DNA of 64,000 bases from contig JBLDXI010000024.1 in NCBI GenBank assembly GCA_047495785.1, positions 4,836,001 through 4,900,000 of the forward strand, in the 5' to 3' direction. Both the position numbers and the translations under genes were made by a program. Position 1 is the first letter of the stretch. Each line of letters starts with the position of its first letter. The notes beneath the pieces are model-generated. The model was not told where the DNA came from. It made no database searches and saw only the letters and a list, made by a program, of their open reading frames with translations. This document shows positions 45,103 to 59,000 of this stretch, one piece after another. The stretch comes from Lepidodermella squamata (taxonomy: Eukaryota > Animalia > Gastrotricha).

Positions 45103-45729
45103 ATTTATATGGTATGCGGTATTGAAAGACCATAACGATGTTGTCACTACCAATACCGATCGAGCCGAAAAACGAGGATTGGTATGGTATAGTAGTATTC
45201 TGTAGTATAGTGGGGTACATATAGTGCAGTTTATATAAGTTTCAGTCCCATATATGCTGAAGTACACAAATTATTTGTATTCAAGTCCATGCCCTGCAAT
45301 TATCTCAAATGCCTTTCTTTTCGGGTTGAATATGCACACCGAAAGTGACTGAAAGGAGTGATTTCCTATGTAGGTATGAGCCTGTTCCCACTTACCCCTC
45401 GTACCAGCGTATCCATAAGGTTAAAAAATTAATTATAACGTCATAGTAAGTAGTATTAAGGTAGTTTTAGTTTAAGTGTTGTAATTGGCAGCAGCACTTT
45501 TTCGGATAATTTATAGCTTGATTATTTGCGACGTGGCCAACGATTTCTCTATCTTTGCAGTCATTTGAATATCGGGTATTAGGCAACAAGGATTATGCCT
45601 ATTATATTATAATAGTATAATAGTAATGCTATTTGTTATAATAGTAGGGATTTCAAGTCGAAATCGCTTGACACGTCTCATTTGATTTGAAAGTTATCTT
45701 ACGATTGATTTCCAGCGTTTTTTTATATG

Positions 45730-47033
45730 AACAGAATGGATATGTGATACCTATCATTGAGGTCACTAAAGGAGATTTGGCCTGCCGTCTCAACATCGAG
45801 AAATTGCAAACTCTGCTAAAACATCCAGATGTTCGTCAAAAACATGTGGTTGCTGTTGCAGGGGCAAAAAAGACAGGCAAATCTTTTCTGCTAAATCTCA
45901 TCAAGCGATATTTGGAAAAAGGAGATAGCTGGGTATACGATCGGGCCGATAAACTCGACGGCTTTGAATGGCATAATAGAAGGGAGCCGGCTACTTCTGG
46001 GATGGTTGCATGGAGCAAACTGTTTCCGGTCAAGTCCAAGTCTGGAGAAGAGTGTGTTGTTCTTCTGATAGACACTGAAGGATTTTACGATAGAGGTGGA
46101 AAGGAACTTTGGGCAAAGCTATTTTCGCTGTCAGCTCTAGTGTCATCCGTTCTGATCCTCAACGTAATGAATGACCTATTGAGAGACAGCTTGGAAACTC
46201 TGGAGCTATTTTCGAGTTTTGGTGCCGGGGCACATGGTAAAGATTCCGAAAAACCGTTCCAAAATCTGACCTTTCTAATAAAGGACTTCCGTTGGAAGCC
46301 ATTGGGATGGAGTAATGACTGCGATGAAATACCAAGCGAAGATGATATGAGAAAATGCTTCAAAGAAATCAGCTCGTTCAGATTGCCTCACCCTGGAGAG
46401 AACGTAGCCAGTGATGAACATTTTTCTGGGGATATCCGGAAAATCAAGGCTGATTTCGTTAACCAACTTGGTCAGTTTATCCCCGATATAATAGACAAAG
46501 CCATTGAAAACAGCAATATGACATGTGGACAGTTGTCGGATCAGCTTGAAATAATTTCTTAAATCGTACTCCGTGATTCGCCAAAACTCGGAACTGCATT
46601 GGAAGACGCTGCTTTTAGACTCAGTACGAAAGCTGTAACGGATGGCCTCGGTGTCTATGCTACAAATATGAATAAGGTTATGGATGCCACAAAGTATCAG
46701 ATAAACGAAAGCAAATTAGCTAAAGAGCACGAAAAGAACAAGGAAGCGGCGTTACAAACGTTTACAAATTTAAAAAAAATTGGATTGAATTCGGACAGCG
46801 AGATCTTCAGAAGAAAACTTCTCAAAAAGATAGATGAGAAGCACGGCACAATTTTAAAATCGAATGCAGAAAGAAATCGGGATCCGCTGCGAATAACTCT
46901 GATCATATCGGGTTCAGTGGCTGCTGCTACGGCTGTTGTTGGGGTTACTGTATGGGTTGTTACAAAACTATTTGTAGATTCTTCACAGGTCAACTTGAAA
47001 GACTTGAATGACATTTCGTTTGTATCTTATTGA
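45730..47033 (+). pseudogene. Atlastin/guanylate-binding-protein-family GTPase with C-terminal TM helix, interrupted by one in-frame TAA
   Basis: G1 AVAGAKKTGKSFLLNL, G2 REPATSG, G3 LIDTEGFYD, KPFQNLTFLIKDF, LPHPG. TAA at 46560-46562, then the same frame continues to 47033. No in-frame ATG before G1, so the start is uncertain. Confidence 0.75.
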
Positions 47034-50021
47034 AATATGATTAATGAACTTCACGGTTTTATTCCAGAATAAAATAGTGCTGATCGAGTGGCGGTTATTT
47101 TTCGGTTATTTTTTCCCCGGTTTAACCGCGTTTAACCGCTTCGGTTAAGCCGGCTGGTTAGAGAAAAACTAGAATAAGAAGCCGGTTAAACGGATTTTTT
47201 ACAAGCTTATTAACTATTGTTTATTCACTTCAATCATTGCAACAATCACCAAACCTTAGTGTTTTTCAGCAGAATGATGATTCTGATTTGGTATTAGGCG
47301 TTAGGGTTAGGGTTAGGTCGAGTTTCGAACTTCGCCTTTCCTCGCTAAAACACACCTTGGCCATTGACGGATCTTTTTGGTTATCCGTAACTAAGATTGT
47401 TCGCGAGGGCTAGCAACCGTTGCTATGATAATGCGTCGATTTTTCAAGCTTGCCATTGCTCACTGAAAGCAGTCTCCAGAACTGATCCCCTTGACAAATG
47501 GATTCGCAATGATCCCGCAATGATAACCCTCACTCTCCCTTCCAGTATTTGAGAAAGCAGTTCAGTTATTCACGCTGCCTCCAAAGATTATATACGAATG
47601 ATGCCGAACTGAGCATATGACGTATACATACGCGGCCACCGAAATGCTACACCGCATGAGAAGGGCGGAAAATTTAATGTATGTTGCCGAATAGATCTCG
47701 CATTTCTCGCATAATATATAATAGCTAACCGGGTGACCAAAATAACTGCGTTCAAGTATAATTAGATTTCATCACGCTCTTTTGTTCGCTTCGCTGAATA
47801 ACCGTTTTTTCTTTCTTGCTCCGTCTATCTCTCAGCAGTAAGTATACTTATATAGAAACTGACCCGTTGTATTATCTTTTTTAGGAAATACGGGAACTGG
47901 CAACTTAAAAAGTGGACTGGGCTTAGTTTTCCTATTTTAGAATTTTCCCTCATTTGATACAGAGATTTTTTGAAAACGACTAGATTTGTGTCAACTTTGC
48001 TTTTTTGTCCCAATTTCTTTCGTAGCGAACACTAATTCCAGTTTAGTATTACGATTTAATGAGCCGGTTTTTATGGTTAATCAGGAGTAGGTAGCATCTG
48101 TCCGGTGCGTATCAAGTCATCAAGGCAAAATAATATTATTCGGTGTCGAGTGTTTATTTTTTTGAGCGCGCTTAATAAAACGCGCGTTTAAAAGCGCGAG
48201 CGCGCGCGCGTTCAGGGACAGGACGCGCACATATGCGCGCGCGCGCCACTTTATCTGCGCAGCAAAAACAACTGCCGGGGTTGATCATAATAACACACAT
48301 ACACACACAAGTCGTCGTCGTCGTCGCCGTTGCGAGAAAGCGAAATCGATCATCACTCACTCTTGTGTGTGATAGAGCCCCGGGACAGCCACACAAATAC
48401 TGGCTAATAGCCGTGTGTTGTAATAGTAAACGTAGATTTACATTTCAGCAGCATTCAGCTTTCATCTATATTACGTTGTCTGTGATGTGTTCTGCCCGAA
48501 AGTCGCTCTGATAATGATGAGTAATGATGATTCATATCATTTCGATCGATCGATCATTTTGCCACGGCGGCGCGGTGAAAAATGCGTTATGTGCTCGCTC
48601 GCCTGTGATAATTACTATGTATGTATGTATGATGTATGTGTGTGACCAATAAAATAATGCAACTAATAACACGCGACAAGCCCTTTGGCACGAATCTATC
48701 GATTGGCCGAGTGACTAACGCATTTTATACGCACAAATAAAAATAAAACACACGCTCACCGTATATAATAATAATAATAGTAGTAGTAATGCTGTATAAG
48801 ACGCGATGTTATTTTCGTAAACACAAAAATGCCGTATACATCGTAAAAATTCCGATTTTTCATAGTATTATTAATAGTAAAAGGGGCCCATATAGTCGCT
48901 CGCCGAGACGACGCCGCCAAGTGGCCGTCGTCGTCGTCGCTTCTTAATAGAGTACCTGCCTCGCTGCCTGCCTGCGATTGTGATTAATCCACTTGGTTTT
49001 CGATATCGATTAACTCGCGCGCTTTCAAGTATATAGCGTGCGCACATATGCGCGCGCGCTCCTACAATATTTTTATTGCAGCAGCCACTCACCTGTACGC
49101 TATGAAGCTTTACTATTACAGTTCTTACCGGAGTATGAATTACCTCGACATTTCCGTGCCCATTTTTCTTTATAATATACTCACTCACTGCGTTTTTTTA
49201 CCCGCGACACAAAGTCATGTTTTACCGATGCATTAAGGTATCTCTAACCGGAAATTTTCCTTAAAAATGGCCTCGCTATAAGTGACGAATGCTGGTACAC
49301 AGAAGGGTTTAAGTTTTTTATTCACAAAAAAGTTTCAATTTTCCAGATTTTAAAGGATTATTGCTGATATTTCGGGATTTTAACTGGTTTTTTAATGCGA
49401 ACCCTGGAATTATCGCCAATTTTTTCATCGATTTTTTGGCGACGAGTAAAGCGGATCGGAACTTCAAAGATATAAATATTTGAGAATTCTTTAATTTTTC
49501 GGAATTATTAAGCAATCATAGATAACAATTAAATTCTTTGTTTCAATTTTTTAACATTGATTTTTTTCGCCTTAGAGATATTGGGCTATTCAAAGACTTT
49601 TTTATTTTAGCGAATTCGAGGCATTGAAGTTGACCCAATTTTTTCCTTTTATATTTTCCAAAAAATCTCCAAATATTTATTTACTTTTGAAGATTTTTTA
49701 CTCTATATAATTATTGCAGAATATTTGTTTGTTTAGTGCCGCGAAAGGATCAATCTCACGCCCCAATTTTTAGACCATGGCCCTCCATTTCAACATTAAG
49801 ACATATTTTTCCTTCCCAGTGTACTCGAGTATAAAAAAATTATTTGAAAAAATTTAGACTCCTCAGATTGTTTATCTTTCAAAATAATTAAAGTATTTTG
49901 TATGAAAAAAAATGTTTTTTCTATTAGATAATTTTCCCATGATTATATGAAAATTAATGTTAATTTTAATTGAACGTGCTATGAGATGTCTTGACGCGGC
50001 ATATTGCGCCGAAACCCGACG

Positions 50022-53000
50022 ATGAAGCTGCGAGTGAGACTGCGCCCGTGCGCCGTGTTCTACGCCGTGTGCCTCCACGGCCTCGCCATCGGCCTAGTCG
50101 CGTCGCAGTTCAACAGCGGTGGCGTGCCAGCATCGCTCTCCGGCCAGTTGTTGGGCGCCGCGTCGTCGGCGGCGTTCAAAACGCGACAACAACGCGTACC
50201 CATCAAGGACTTGCATAAAAGCCTGAAAATTTTGGCCGATGGTGCTAGTCGCAATTTAAGTGCTCTCTTCAACAATGCTACTCAAAGACTCTACTATCAA
50301 TTGGTAATCATTCATTTTCCATTAAAAAAATTATATTTTAGGAAATTTTTTGAATTTATTGCATTTTTTGAATAATTTTATCAATTTCCTAATTTTTTTC
50401 AATTTTTCAAAAAATTTTTGTCTTCGTGCATTTTTTTCTATGAAGAAGCACGCTTACGCTGCTTAGGTCACAAATTAATTACCTAGGTCACAAATGTAGG
50501 TCAGTGGGTCTGAAATGTGCCGTCTGCTTACTCTTTTATTGCTTTCTTTTGACCCAATTCAGAAATATCAATGCTCTCTAATGGCGATGGCAGACCGGAA
50601 AGAAGAATGCAAACGGCCCGTCGACGCATCTCGACCCGATCGACCACCCCTTGTCGGCACCCTGGTGAAAACAAACGGCGCGCAACTCGTGCAAAACCTG
50701 TCTGCTGACCTCGAGCAGAAAATGAAGCAGAAAATGGACGCTGTAAAACGGTCCGTAAAAGCCGCCGAACAGGCCTATGTCGACTACAAGCAAGACCCGA
50801 CCATCAAGGGCATCACTTACTTCAACGCTAAGCGCATCAACCGGCCGTTTATGAAGGACAAATATTTCGACGACGACAATCCTTATCGCAATTTTATGCT
50901 TCACTACGACACGCATTTTAAGGCGGATGTCAACTTGTCGCACAGTGTCGTACACGTGCCGACAAACGTGTTCGACGGGTCGAATGAAATTAACAACGGA
51001 GCTAGGTGGACGATGCGGCTTAATGATATTTTCGTCGAAAATCGAGCCGAGGATAAATTTATTTACTGGCAGTATTTCGGGTCCGCTCTCGGGTTTTACC
51101 GCGTGTTCCCCGGGTCGAAATGGGCGACCAGCTCGGACAAGGTTGAAATGTTCGACTGCCGCACGAAGGGTTGGTACATCCAGGCGTCGTGTTCGCCTAA
51201 AGATCTAGTGATCCTGCTCGATACGAGTGGCTCGATGACGGGGCTGCGGTATCGTATTGCGCGCAATACGGTCGATCACATTTTGAAGACCCTCGGCGAG
51301 GATGATTTTTTTAATATCATTCGATTCGATTCGGAGGTCGCCTATGCTGATCAGTGCTTCAACGGCACGCTGCTTCAAGCAACGGCTGAAAATAAAGAGG
51401 TAAATAAATCGACCCTAAAATGAAGAAACATACCACCAGTTTCTTGGAATTTTCTCGAAAATGCTTGAAAAATAGAAATTGAAAGAGAAATGTATAAACT
51501 TTCCTGCCAACATTTTTGTTTAATTATCGCAATTTCAACGAGATAATTCAAAATTAATCCCCATAATTTAGCTGAAAATTAGCCAACTATTCTACATCTC
51601 GAATCTCGAATTTTTGGAAGAAGAAAGTTTCTAAAAAAAATCAAAAATATTTCTTAATAAATTAAGTTTTTTTGAAAATTCGAAAATTGGTCATTTTAAA
51701 CATCATGCAGCATTCAGCTTTTAAGGTTCTAATAGCATGTTAGTGCACTATAAAATTTGCCTTAATGAAGCCCGAACATTTTAAAATTTGTCCAATTTTC
51801 AATGCTGATAATATCGGAAAAATCACTGATTTATAATCTCGATATTTGGAATCGATATTCCATGGTAGACTTTGAAATTCGAATTTTCAAACCATCCCAA
51901 ACTACGAAATTCCTAGCTAACGAGTCAGTGATGTTTAAAATCTTGGAAAACTGAATGATGAAAGCTGATTATTTGCATTTTGTCAGTGTTAAAATATCTC
52001 ATAGGGGTGGTAAATTATTTTGATGTATAACGTCTATTGCTTCGTGTTTTATTTTTTGTCATTTTTTGCAGAGATTGAAGCGTAAAATTCGTGATATCGA
52101 AACGCAGCACATGGCCGATTTTGAAGGCGCGTTAACCGAGGCGTTTCTGCTGTTCAACAAAACAGCGAATGAAAAGGTGGGCTCGATGTGCAACCGCGCC
52201 ATCATGCTGATAACGGACGGTGCCTCGGACACGTACGAGCACATTTTCGACAAGTTCAACAGCCCGAACCGCACCGAGTCGGGCATGTCGCAGGTGCGCG
52301 TCTTCTCGTTCCTGATCGGCCAGGACGCGTCGTACAACCGCGAAATCAACTGGATGGCGTGCCGCAATAAAGGCTACTACGTCGAGATTAAAACTATAGC
52401 CGCCGTGCAGGATAATATGAAGGTAACAAGCAAAGGAAGGACCTCGATGTTTCTTCGAATTTTATCACGTCTTTCGGGAATATTACCGGCTTAGTGAGCA
52501 AATCAAGACGACTTGATTAGTCTAGTATTTGTCCCCGAATTTTTTGTAAGGCAAAATTTAAGAAATTTCAAAGAATTTCCAGAATTTTATTCTCGGAATT
52601 CGAAATTTAAATTTTTTATACGAATTACGCTCAGCAGGGGTCATAAGATATTTGAACTTTTGCCGCATTTCGAAGTGGTGCGGAATTATTGATAAAATCA
52701 AACGGGAAAGAACACATTTTCAAATTTTAATTCAATTTTTCATTTCATATTTATTCAAATTTTTCAGCAATATGTGACTACTCTCGCCAGACCCCTTGCT
52801 CTAGCCGATTTCAATGATGTAACTTGGACCGGTGTCTACATCGATGAAGCCGTAAGTACTTTTTGAAATTTCAAAATGAACTTAATTTTTCGAAAATATT
52901 CAAAAAATTTCGTGACATTTTCAAGAGCTAAAAATGTGCGCTTATTTTATCGTTTTTAAATTGGGATTTTTCGTTGTCAGTCCTATGGAGAGGAATCGCA

Positions 53001-56000
53001 GTGGGAACACGATTTGGGCCACAAACCAGCGCCCACTGATAATGATAACAAAAATGAAGTAAAAATATACCTGTCGGCTTGCTTTGAAATAGCTTCAAAA
53101 CGAATATGCAGAAAAATCGTCAGCTTTTTTGAGTTTCGTAAAAAATTCTATAACATCTTTTCTGAGCTGCTGTGATGAAATGTAACTTAATCGCGAGCTG
53201 TAATAATATTTAAAAAATTGCTTTTGATTGATTCAACAAACAGAAACTCAGCTACTTTGCTTCACTTTCTAGCAATCGCAGCGGTGTAATTATTTTTTAA
53301 TAATTATTTTTCGTCGGGAATGGAAAAACTCTCGTTATTTTCTCATCATCGTGACTTTGGTGATCGGTGCATGTTTTTAAAATCCAGGAATATTGATCGT
53401 TGACAGCCCGTTTCTTTCTAAATATTTTTTAAATTGAAAATCTGGAATTTTTATTGCATGGGAATCGAATTGAGTTTACTTTTTCCTAAATTTTTCGATA
53501 CTGATGGATTTTTTCCCCTGATTTCTAATACAGGAATATGAATATGCAAGTGCCAAATCGTCGGGCCAAAGGAGGACCGGCGCGCCAACTAAGAAAAAAC
53601 TCGTTAAAGTGAGTTCGATTTTACTAAGAAATTTGAATTCAAATAATTTTAATTTTTTCAAATTTACAGAGTAGTATGCCAGATATGAGGCTCATGGCCT
53701 CAGTTGCTGCTCCGGTTTTCGACAAAAAGCCAGATTCGGTAAGTTCCAATTCAATTTTTGCATTTCAACTTCAGAGTTTTACGGTTGAACATTTTCGAAA
53801 TTTTTAAAAAAATTAAAGTTTTAATTGAAATTTCAATCGATTTTCATGAATTCATATTTTCTAGACCAAACAAGGCCTGCTGGGTGTCATCGGCACCGAT
53901 TTGCCAATTCACTTCTTCCGTACATTTGTCGCGCCGCCGAAGCTGGGCGTCGACGCGTACGCCTTCGCCGTCAACCACAACGGCTTCGTGCTCTTCCACC
54001 CCGACTACGTGCCGCCGTTCGAGGCGCCCGACTTCACCAATGTCGACGTTTCCAAGCTCGAGATGAAGTTCCTGCCCTGGGAGTGGTACAAGAAAATGCG
54101 ACAGGCCTACAACGGGCCGATTCCCGGGTTTCTAGCCAATGGCACCGAAACCTGGTTCGAGGTAAAATTTCATTTTCAAAAATTTAAAAATTTTAAAAAT
54201 TTTAAATTTTTTTAAATTTTAAAGTTTATTTAATTTAAGAATTTCTAAAATTTTCGGAAATTTCTGTTTCATTTTTACGATAATTTTTTAATTCGATTCA
54301 GGTTCAGAAAAATGATACTGCAGCTGCGGTTCAGCGGGTCATCGGGCTGCTCAACAAGGTCAACTCATCAGTGCCGGATTACTCGCTCGAGTTGCGCAAT
54401 GACATGGCCAAGGCGGCGACTGGCCAATTCTGGATGACCACCCTGAAAACAATCGACGACCATCAGCGGCCGAAAGTCATCGGAATGCACTATTATTACA
54501 CGCAAATTCCATTCACCCCTTTCACCCTGGGTGTTGCGATTCCAGGTGGCCGAACTAGCATGTGAGTCATACATTTTTCATAAACAATATTAAAAATTGA
54601 AATTTTGAAATATTTTTGAAATATTTTGAAATTTTTATTCCAGGTATGACTATGGATTTGTGCAGCTGAACGCGAGAATCGGTATAAAAAATGCCGATAT
54701 GACCGTTCTGGAGCCTCGCGAGGGCCTTCAAACAAAAATCCCATCGCAATGGAACTACTGCCTGCTGAGCGCCGAGGAGCTCGAAGTCACAGTTGAAGAC
54801 TACGAGAAGCAACTCGCCGAGATGTACCACGAATTTGAAGAAAACTACAACACGACTATCAGCGATGTTATGCCGGACGTGCTCAGCTCATTGGAACCGT
54901 CCGTTCCGCCCGAGTTGTTCTGCTCGAGCCTGCATTTGGAGGTCAACGAAACCGCGGTAGTTTTCATAAATGACACGCTGACCCTGTACAACCAAACGGC
55001 GCTGAATCAATTCAACGCGACGTACAACACGCAGGCGATTGATCATTTCACGTATTTGACTGAAACAAACGATACGGCTGAGTTTGTTGTGTTCAACGAG
55101 TCGAAGTGCGTCGAGCGTATCAAGGCGTTTCATATCGAGCAGTTGCGCGAGGATATGCAGGCTTGGATGTTTGAGAAAAAGTTCCAGCAAACGCTCAGGG
55201 AGTACATCGAGAAGGGCAAGGATGGCTCGGTTGATTTTCGCGATCGATGCGACCAGGCATGTTTTAAAAAAATTCGAAATTTTTAATTTTTAAAATTTTT
55301 AAAAATTTCAATTCTCGATTTTAAATGTTTTTTTAAACTTTTGAAAAGGTGATTTAAATTTTGAAATTTTGAAATTTATTTTATAATTTCTAATTTGATT
55401 TTTTCTTCAAGGATGTCATCGAAAATTTGATGTTTGATGCTGAAATAACGAACGATACAGCAGTTCGGCTATTCGACGGCCTGCTGCACTTCAATGTGAA
55501 ACATGGTGTTTCGATGATTTTCATAGCTACTCGATCTGGTCTGACTCGATACGTCACGCCAGACCACTCCGAGTCGGATTTCATCAATACGCATCCTGAG
55601 ACGATTCGGGAGACTTACTACGAGCGGGCAGTTGAAGCTGGGCCGGACAATATTGTTGTCACCATCGACAATAGTCAGTTTTTTTTAGTTTTTTTCAAAA
55701 ATACCGTAAAATGGTACAATTCTACTGATTTAAGTATCTGATTTTCAAATAATTTCAGAAAATTGTATTTTTGAATTTTGAATTTTGATAAAATAATTTG
55801 TCAAATGTTGAGAATATCGTTGATAATGGGTTGAATTTTTATTTATTTTTAAAGTCAATGTTCAATGTTCGCTATTTTTCATTTAATTTTAACTTTGAAT
55901 TTTACGATGATTTTTAATTTAAAGCTCCGTCAGGTAATTTTCACTCTAATCCTCAAAGCTTTGTGTAGCAACGCTTTCAAAAATATAACATCATATACCT

Positions 56001-59000
56001 AGAATGAACGCTCGCTTTTCAATATTAATTAATCGCTTTAATTACCTTGGCCGATTTAGTGCCACGATTCACAGCTTTCCAATAGGATAATGCAAAAATG
56101 CGGCATGATAGCATTTATGATGATCACAACATGCTTGAATAATTTTAAAGTTACCAAATCACCCTATTCGTTGTGGTATTGTCATATAACATCACGTGTA
56201 TCTAGCCGGCGATGGTAATTTTTTAATCGAATTTTGCTATAGCCATTTGTTATCGCTATTGCTGATTAGTTCGTTTGTCCTTAGCTTTTGAATCTTATAA
56301 TCAATAGTTTTGTCTTTTGAAATATCGATTTTTTAATCTGCTATGAAATTTCAGACCCTTCGAATCCGAAACGCGTCATCCTCGTGCAGTCCATGTTTGT
56401 GCAACACCCGACGACGGACGGCAACGTCGGCCGGGCGGCGGTTTCGGTCGCTGGCATCGAAATGCCGGCGCGAAATTTGTCTGACCTGATTTTTTCGCAG
56501 CCGTGCGACGATTCGGGCCAGAAGTGCTCGCTGCAGTGCTCCAACACAACGTCGTGCTATTTGCTAGACGATAACGGCTACATTGTCTACGCTGATGATG
56601 ACCGAATCGTAAGTATTATTTTTCAATTTCAATTTTTTTGAAAATGTCCGAAATTAGGTCAAATTATGTTTATTTAAATTTTGAATTTAATTTCTTGAAT
56701 TTTGAAATAATTTGAAAAATATTCGATTTTTTTAGATTGGGCGATCGATGGCTGATATCGACCCGAATCTCTTCATTCAGTTGACCAATTACGAGGAAAT
56801 TATCGACGATGGGCCGACGGCTAAAAAGGACATGCCTCAGTGGGAAAGCGGCTCAACGGCCTGGAGCAGTCTCTACGAGATGTAAATTTTCTAAATTTAT
56901 CAAAAAAATATTTTATAATTTTTTTCAGGATAATTTACGACGATTATCAAGCCATATGTCCGGTATATGAGGAAAGAAGCTTCGGAATGCGGTTAATAAA
57001 TGTAAGGGAATTTAATGAAAATATAAAAAAATTCAATTTGAATTTTTCAGCCTTTCACTGTGATTCTACGAATTTCATTCACCTTCGCCAGCCATTTGGT
57101 CTGGGCTATGCAACATCTTGTTGTCTCAAGCATAACTATACTTGTAAATACTATTCGTGAGTTATTTTTCCCTAATTTTTCTGGATTTTTTCCCAATTTT
57201 GTCTCGATTTTTAGATGAAATAATTGTGAACGCTGTCGACATTCCTCCCGAGTGTGCTGCTGCGCTGAGAGACGGCCAGTTGACCAATGATTTCTGGAAC
57301 TGCACCATCAACCAGACCATGTAAGAATTTCCGATTTTCCCCGCAAATTACTCCAGAATTTTTGTCGAAACCCAATAATTTTTGGCCCATCGTGTTAGCA
57401 TGGAATTTGATGATTATGACGCGGCCGAGTTGCTACAATTTAAAACGCGGCCCTTCGTACCAACACGCCGCATTTTAGGCGTCCGCGCCTACGGCAGGTC
57501 GTGATGACAGAAAAATGCTTGAAGTCATCTCTCAGCTTTCAGTTTAATTCTATTCCTAAAATCTATGCTTAATTAGCAACGACAACTTTTAGCCGCAATG
57601 TTTTCTCAGAAAAATCGTATTCTTTATTTATGTTGAAAATATTTTAGCAAATCGACGACTTCATCGTAAGTGATACCTATAAAGACGTGCTCGAGTTTTG
57701 ATCGCGATTTGACGTGTTTCCACGTTGTAAATTATACTAATACAGTTTAGCTCGTAATTTAATGTAACATCAATATGATAGAAGAGCGGGTCGTCCCCCG
57801 ATAGTTTTAATATATATTACCACACTTGAAAATTGTCCTTAGATCGCACACGTGAACCCATCGAGACAAAACTTTACCGAAAAAATCGATAAAAAATATG
57901 CATATTATTGTTATCAAATTTACAGCAAGGTGCCGTTCGAAAGGTAGAAATCGCGTTTTGACCTCATTTCGGACACTGAGTGGAAACTATTTTTTTCGAG
58001 CTATTTTAATTTTGAGTGAAATTTTCAGCCTGGGATCTTACTTTATTATACTATTATTATTAATTTATAATGACCTAGATTTCATTATGAAAGACCTCCT
58101 GCTGGTCTTTTCAAAGGGTAAATTTCCACCCGGTTTTTTTCCCGAATTTTTTTCATTGCCGATATCCCGATTATTTTCGATTTTTATTTCGCTTTGATGA
58201 CTGATTTTTGCCGTGTTATATAAGACCACCTCGCCCTGTTTGGCCTTCGAATGCTCAGCAAGAAAAGCCTGTTATTCAGAACAAGAAACGGTACAGTTCC
58301 TTCCTGAACGAAATGTAAAGGACAAAACAAAGCCTCACCTTCGACTTTTCTTCATAACCAAATCTTACATCTATTTATTTAAAAACAAGAATTAAGAATA
58401 ATTACAAGACCAAGTAACGTCCTATTAATATAGTCTATATTACTATACAACTAATAACCCTATTGTAAAATCAGTGTACAATTTTCAGCACTTGAATATT
58501 ACTTGATTATTGTTGTGAAAAAAGTGGGATGAATGATACTAACAAGCAAAAAGATGATGATGATGACCATGAGAAGCTATGGTAAGTTGCAACATGAGTG
58601 GTGATGTTTTTTGAGTGTTTTTTGTGGATTGTGACACGTAAAAAAAATCAGGTCATCACGAGTTGGAATTTCATTCAATTTCTTGTCTTCTCTTATAAAA
58701 TTTCCTATTTTCCATCGCAATATAGCTAGATTTCAAATAAAAATAATTTTTTCCTCGAAAAATACTCATTTTTTTGTATTTTTTTCTATGACAGGGCTGG
58801 TAAATTTAAAATGGGCTCAGGTGAGCGCAAGTTGAAGGTCGTTGGCAAGCGCGTGTGCACGAAGCGGTACAACATTTACCGGCTGAACCCGAAAGCGACC
58901 CGGTTGAACGGCGAGCAGACGGAAAAGTGCCGCGATTGCTCGACGTGCAAAGTTCAGACGCCGGATGGCTACTGCATGTTCTGCACCGGCACCCGAAATG

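Noticed and set aside
35693-47317. TTAGGG runs at ~35693 and ~47294
   Set aside because: Only 2-4 units; typical of repeat-embedded motifs and not evidence of telomere addition or DNA-elimination sites.
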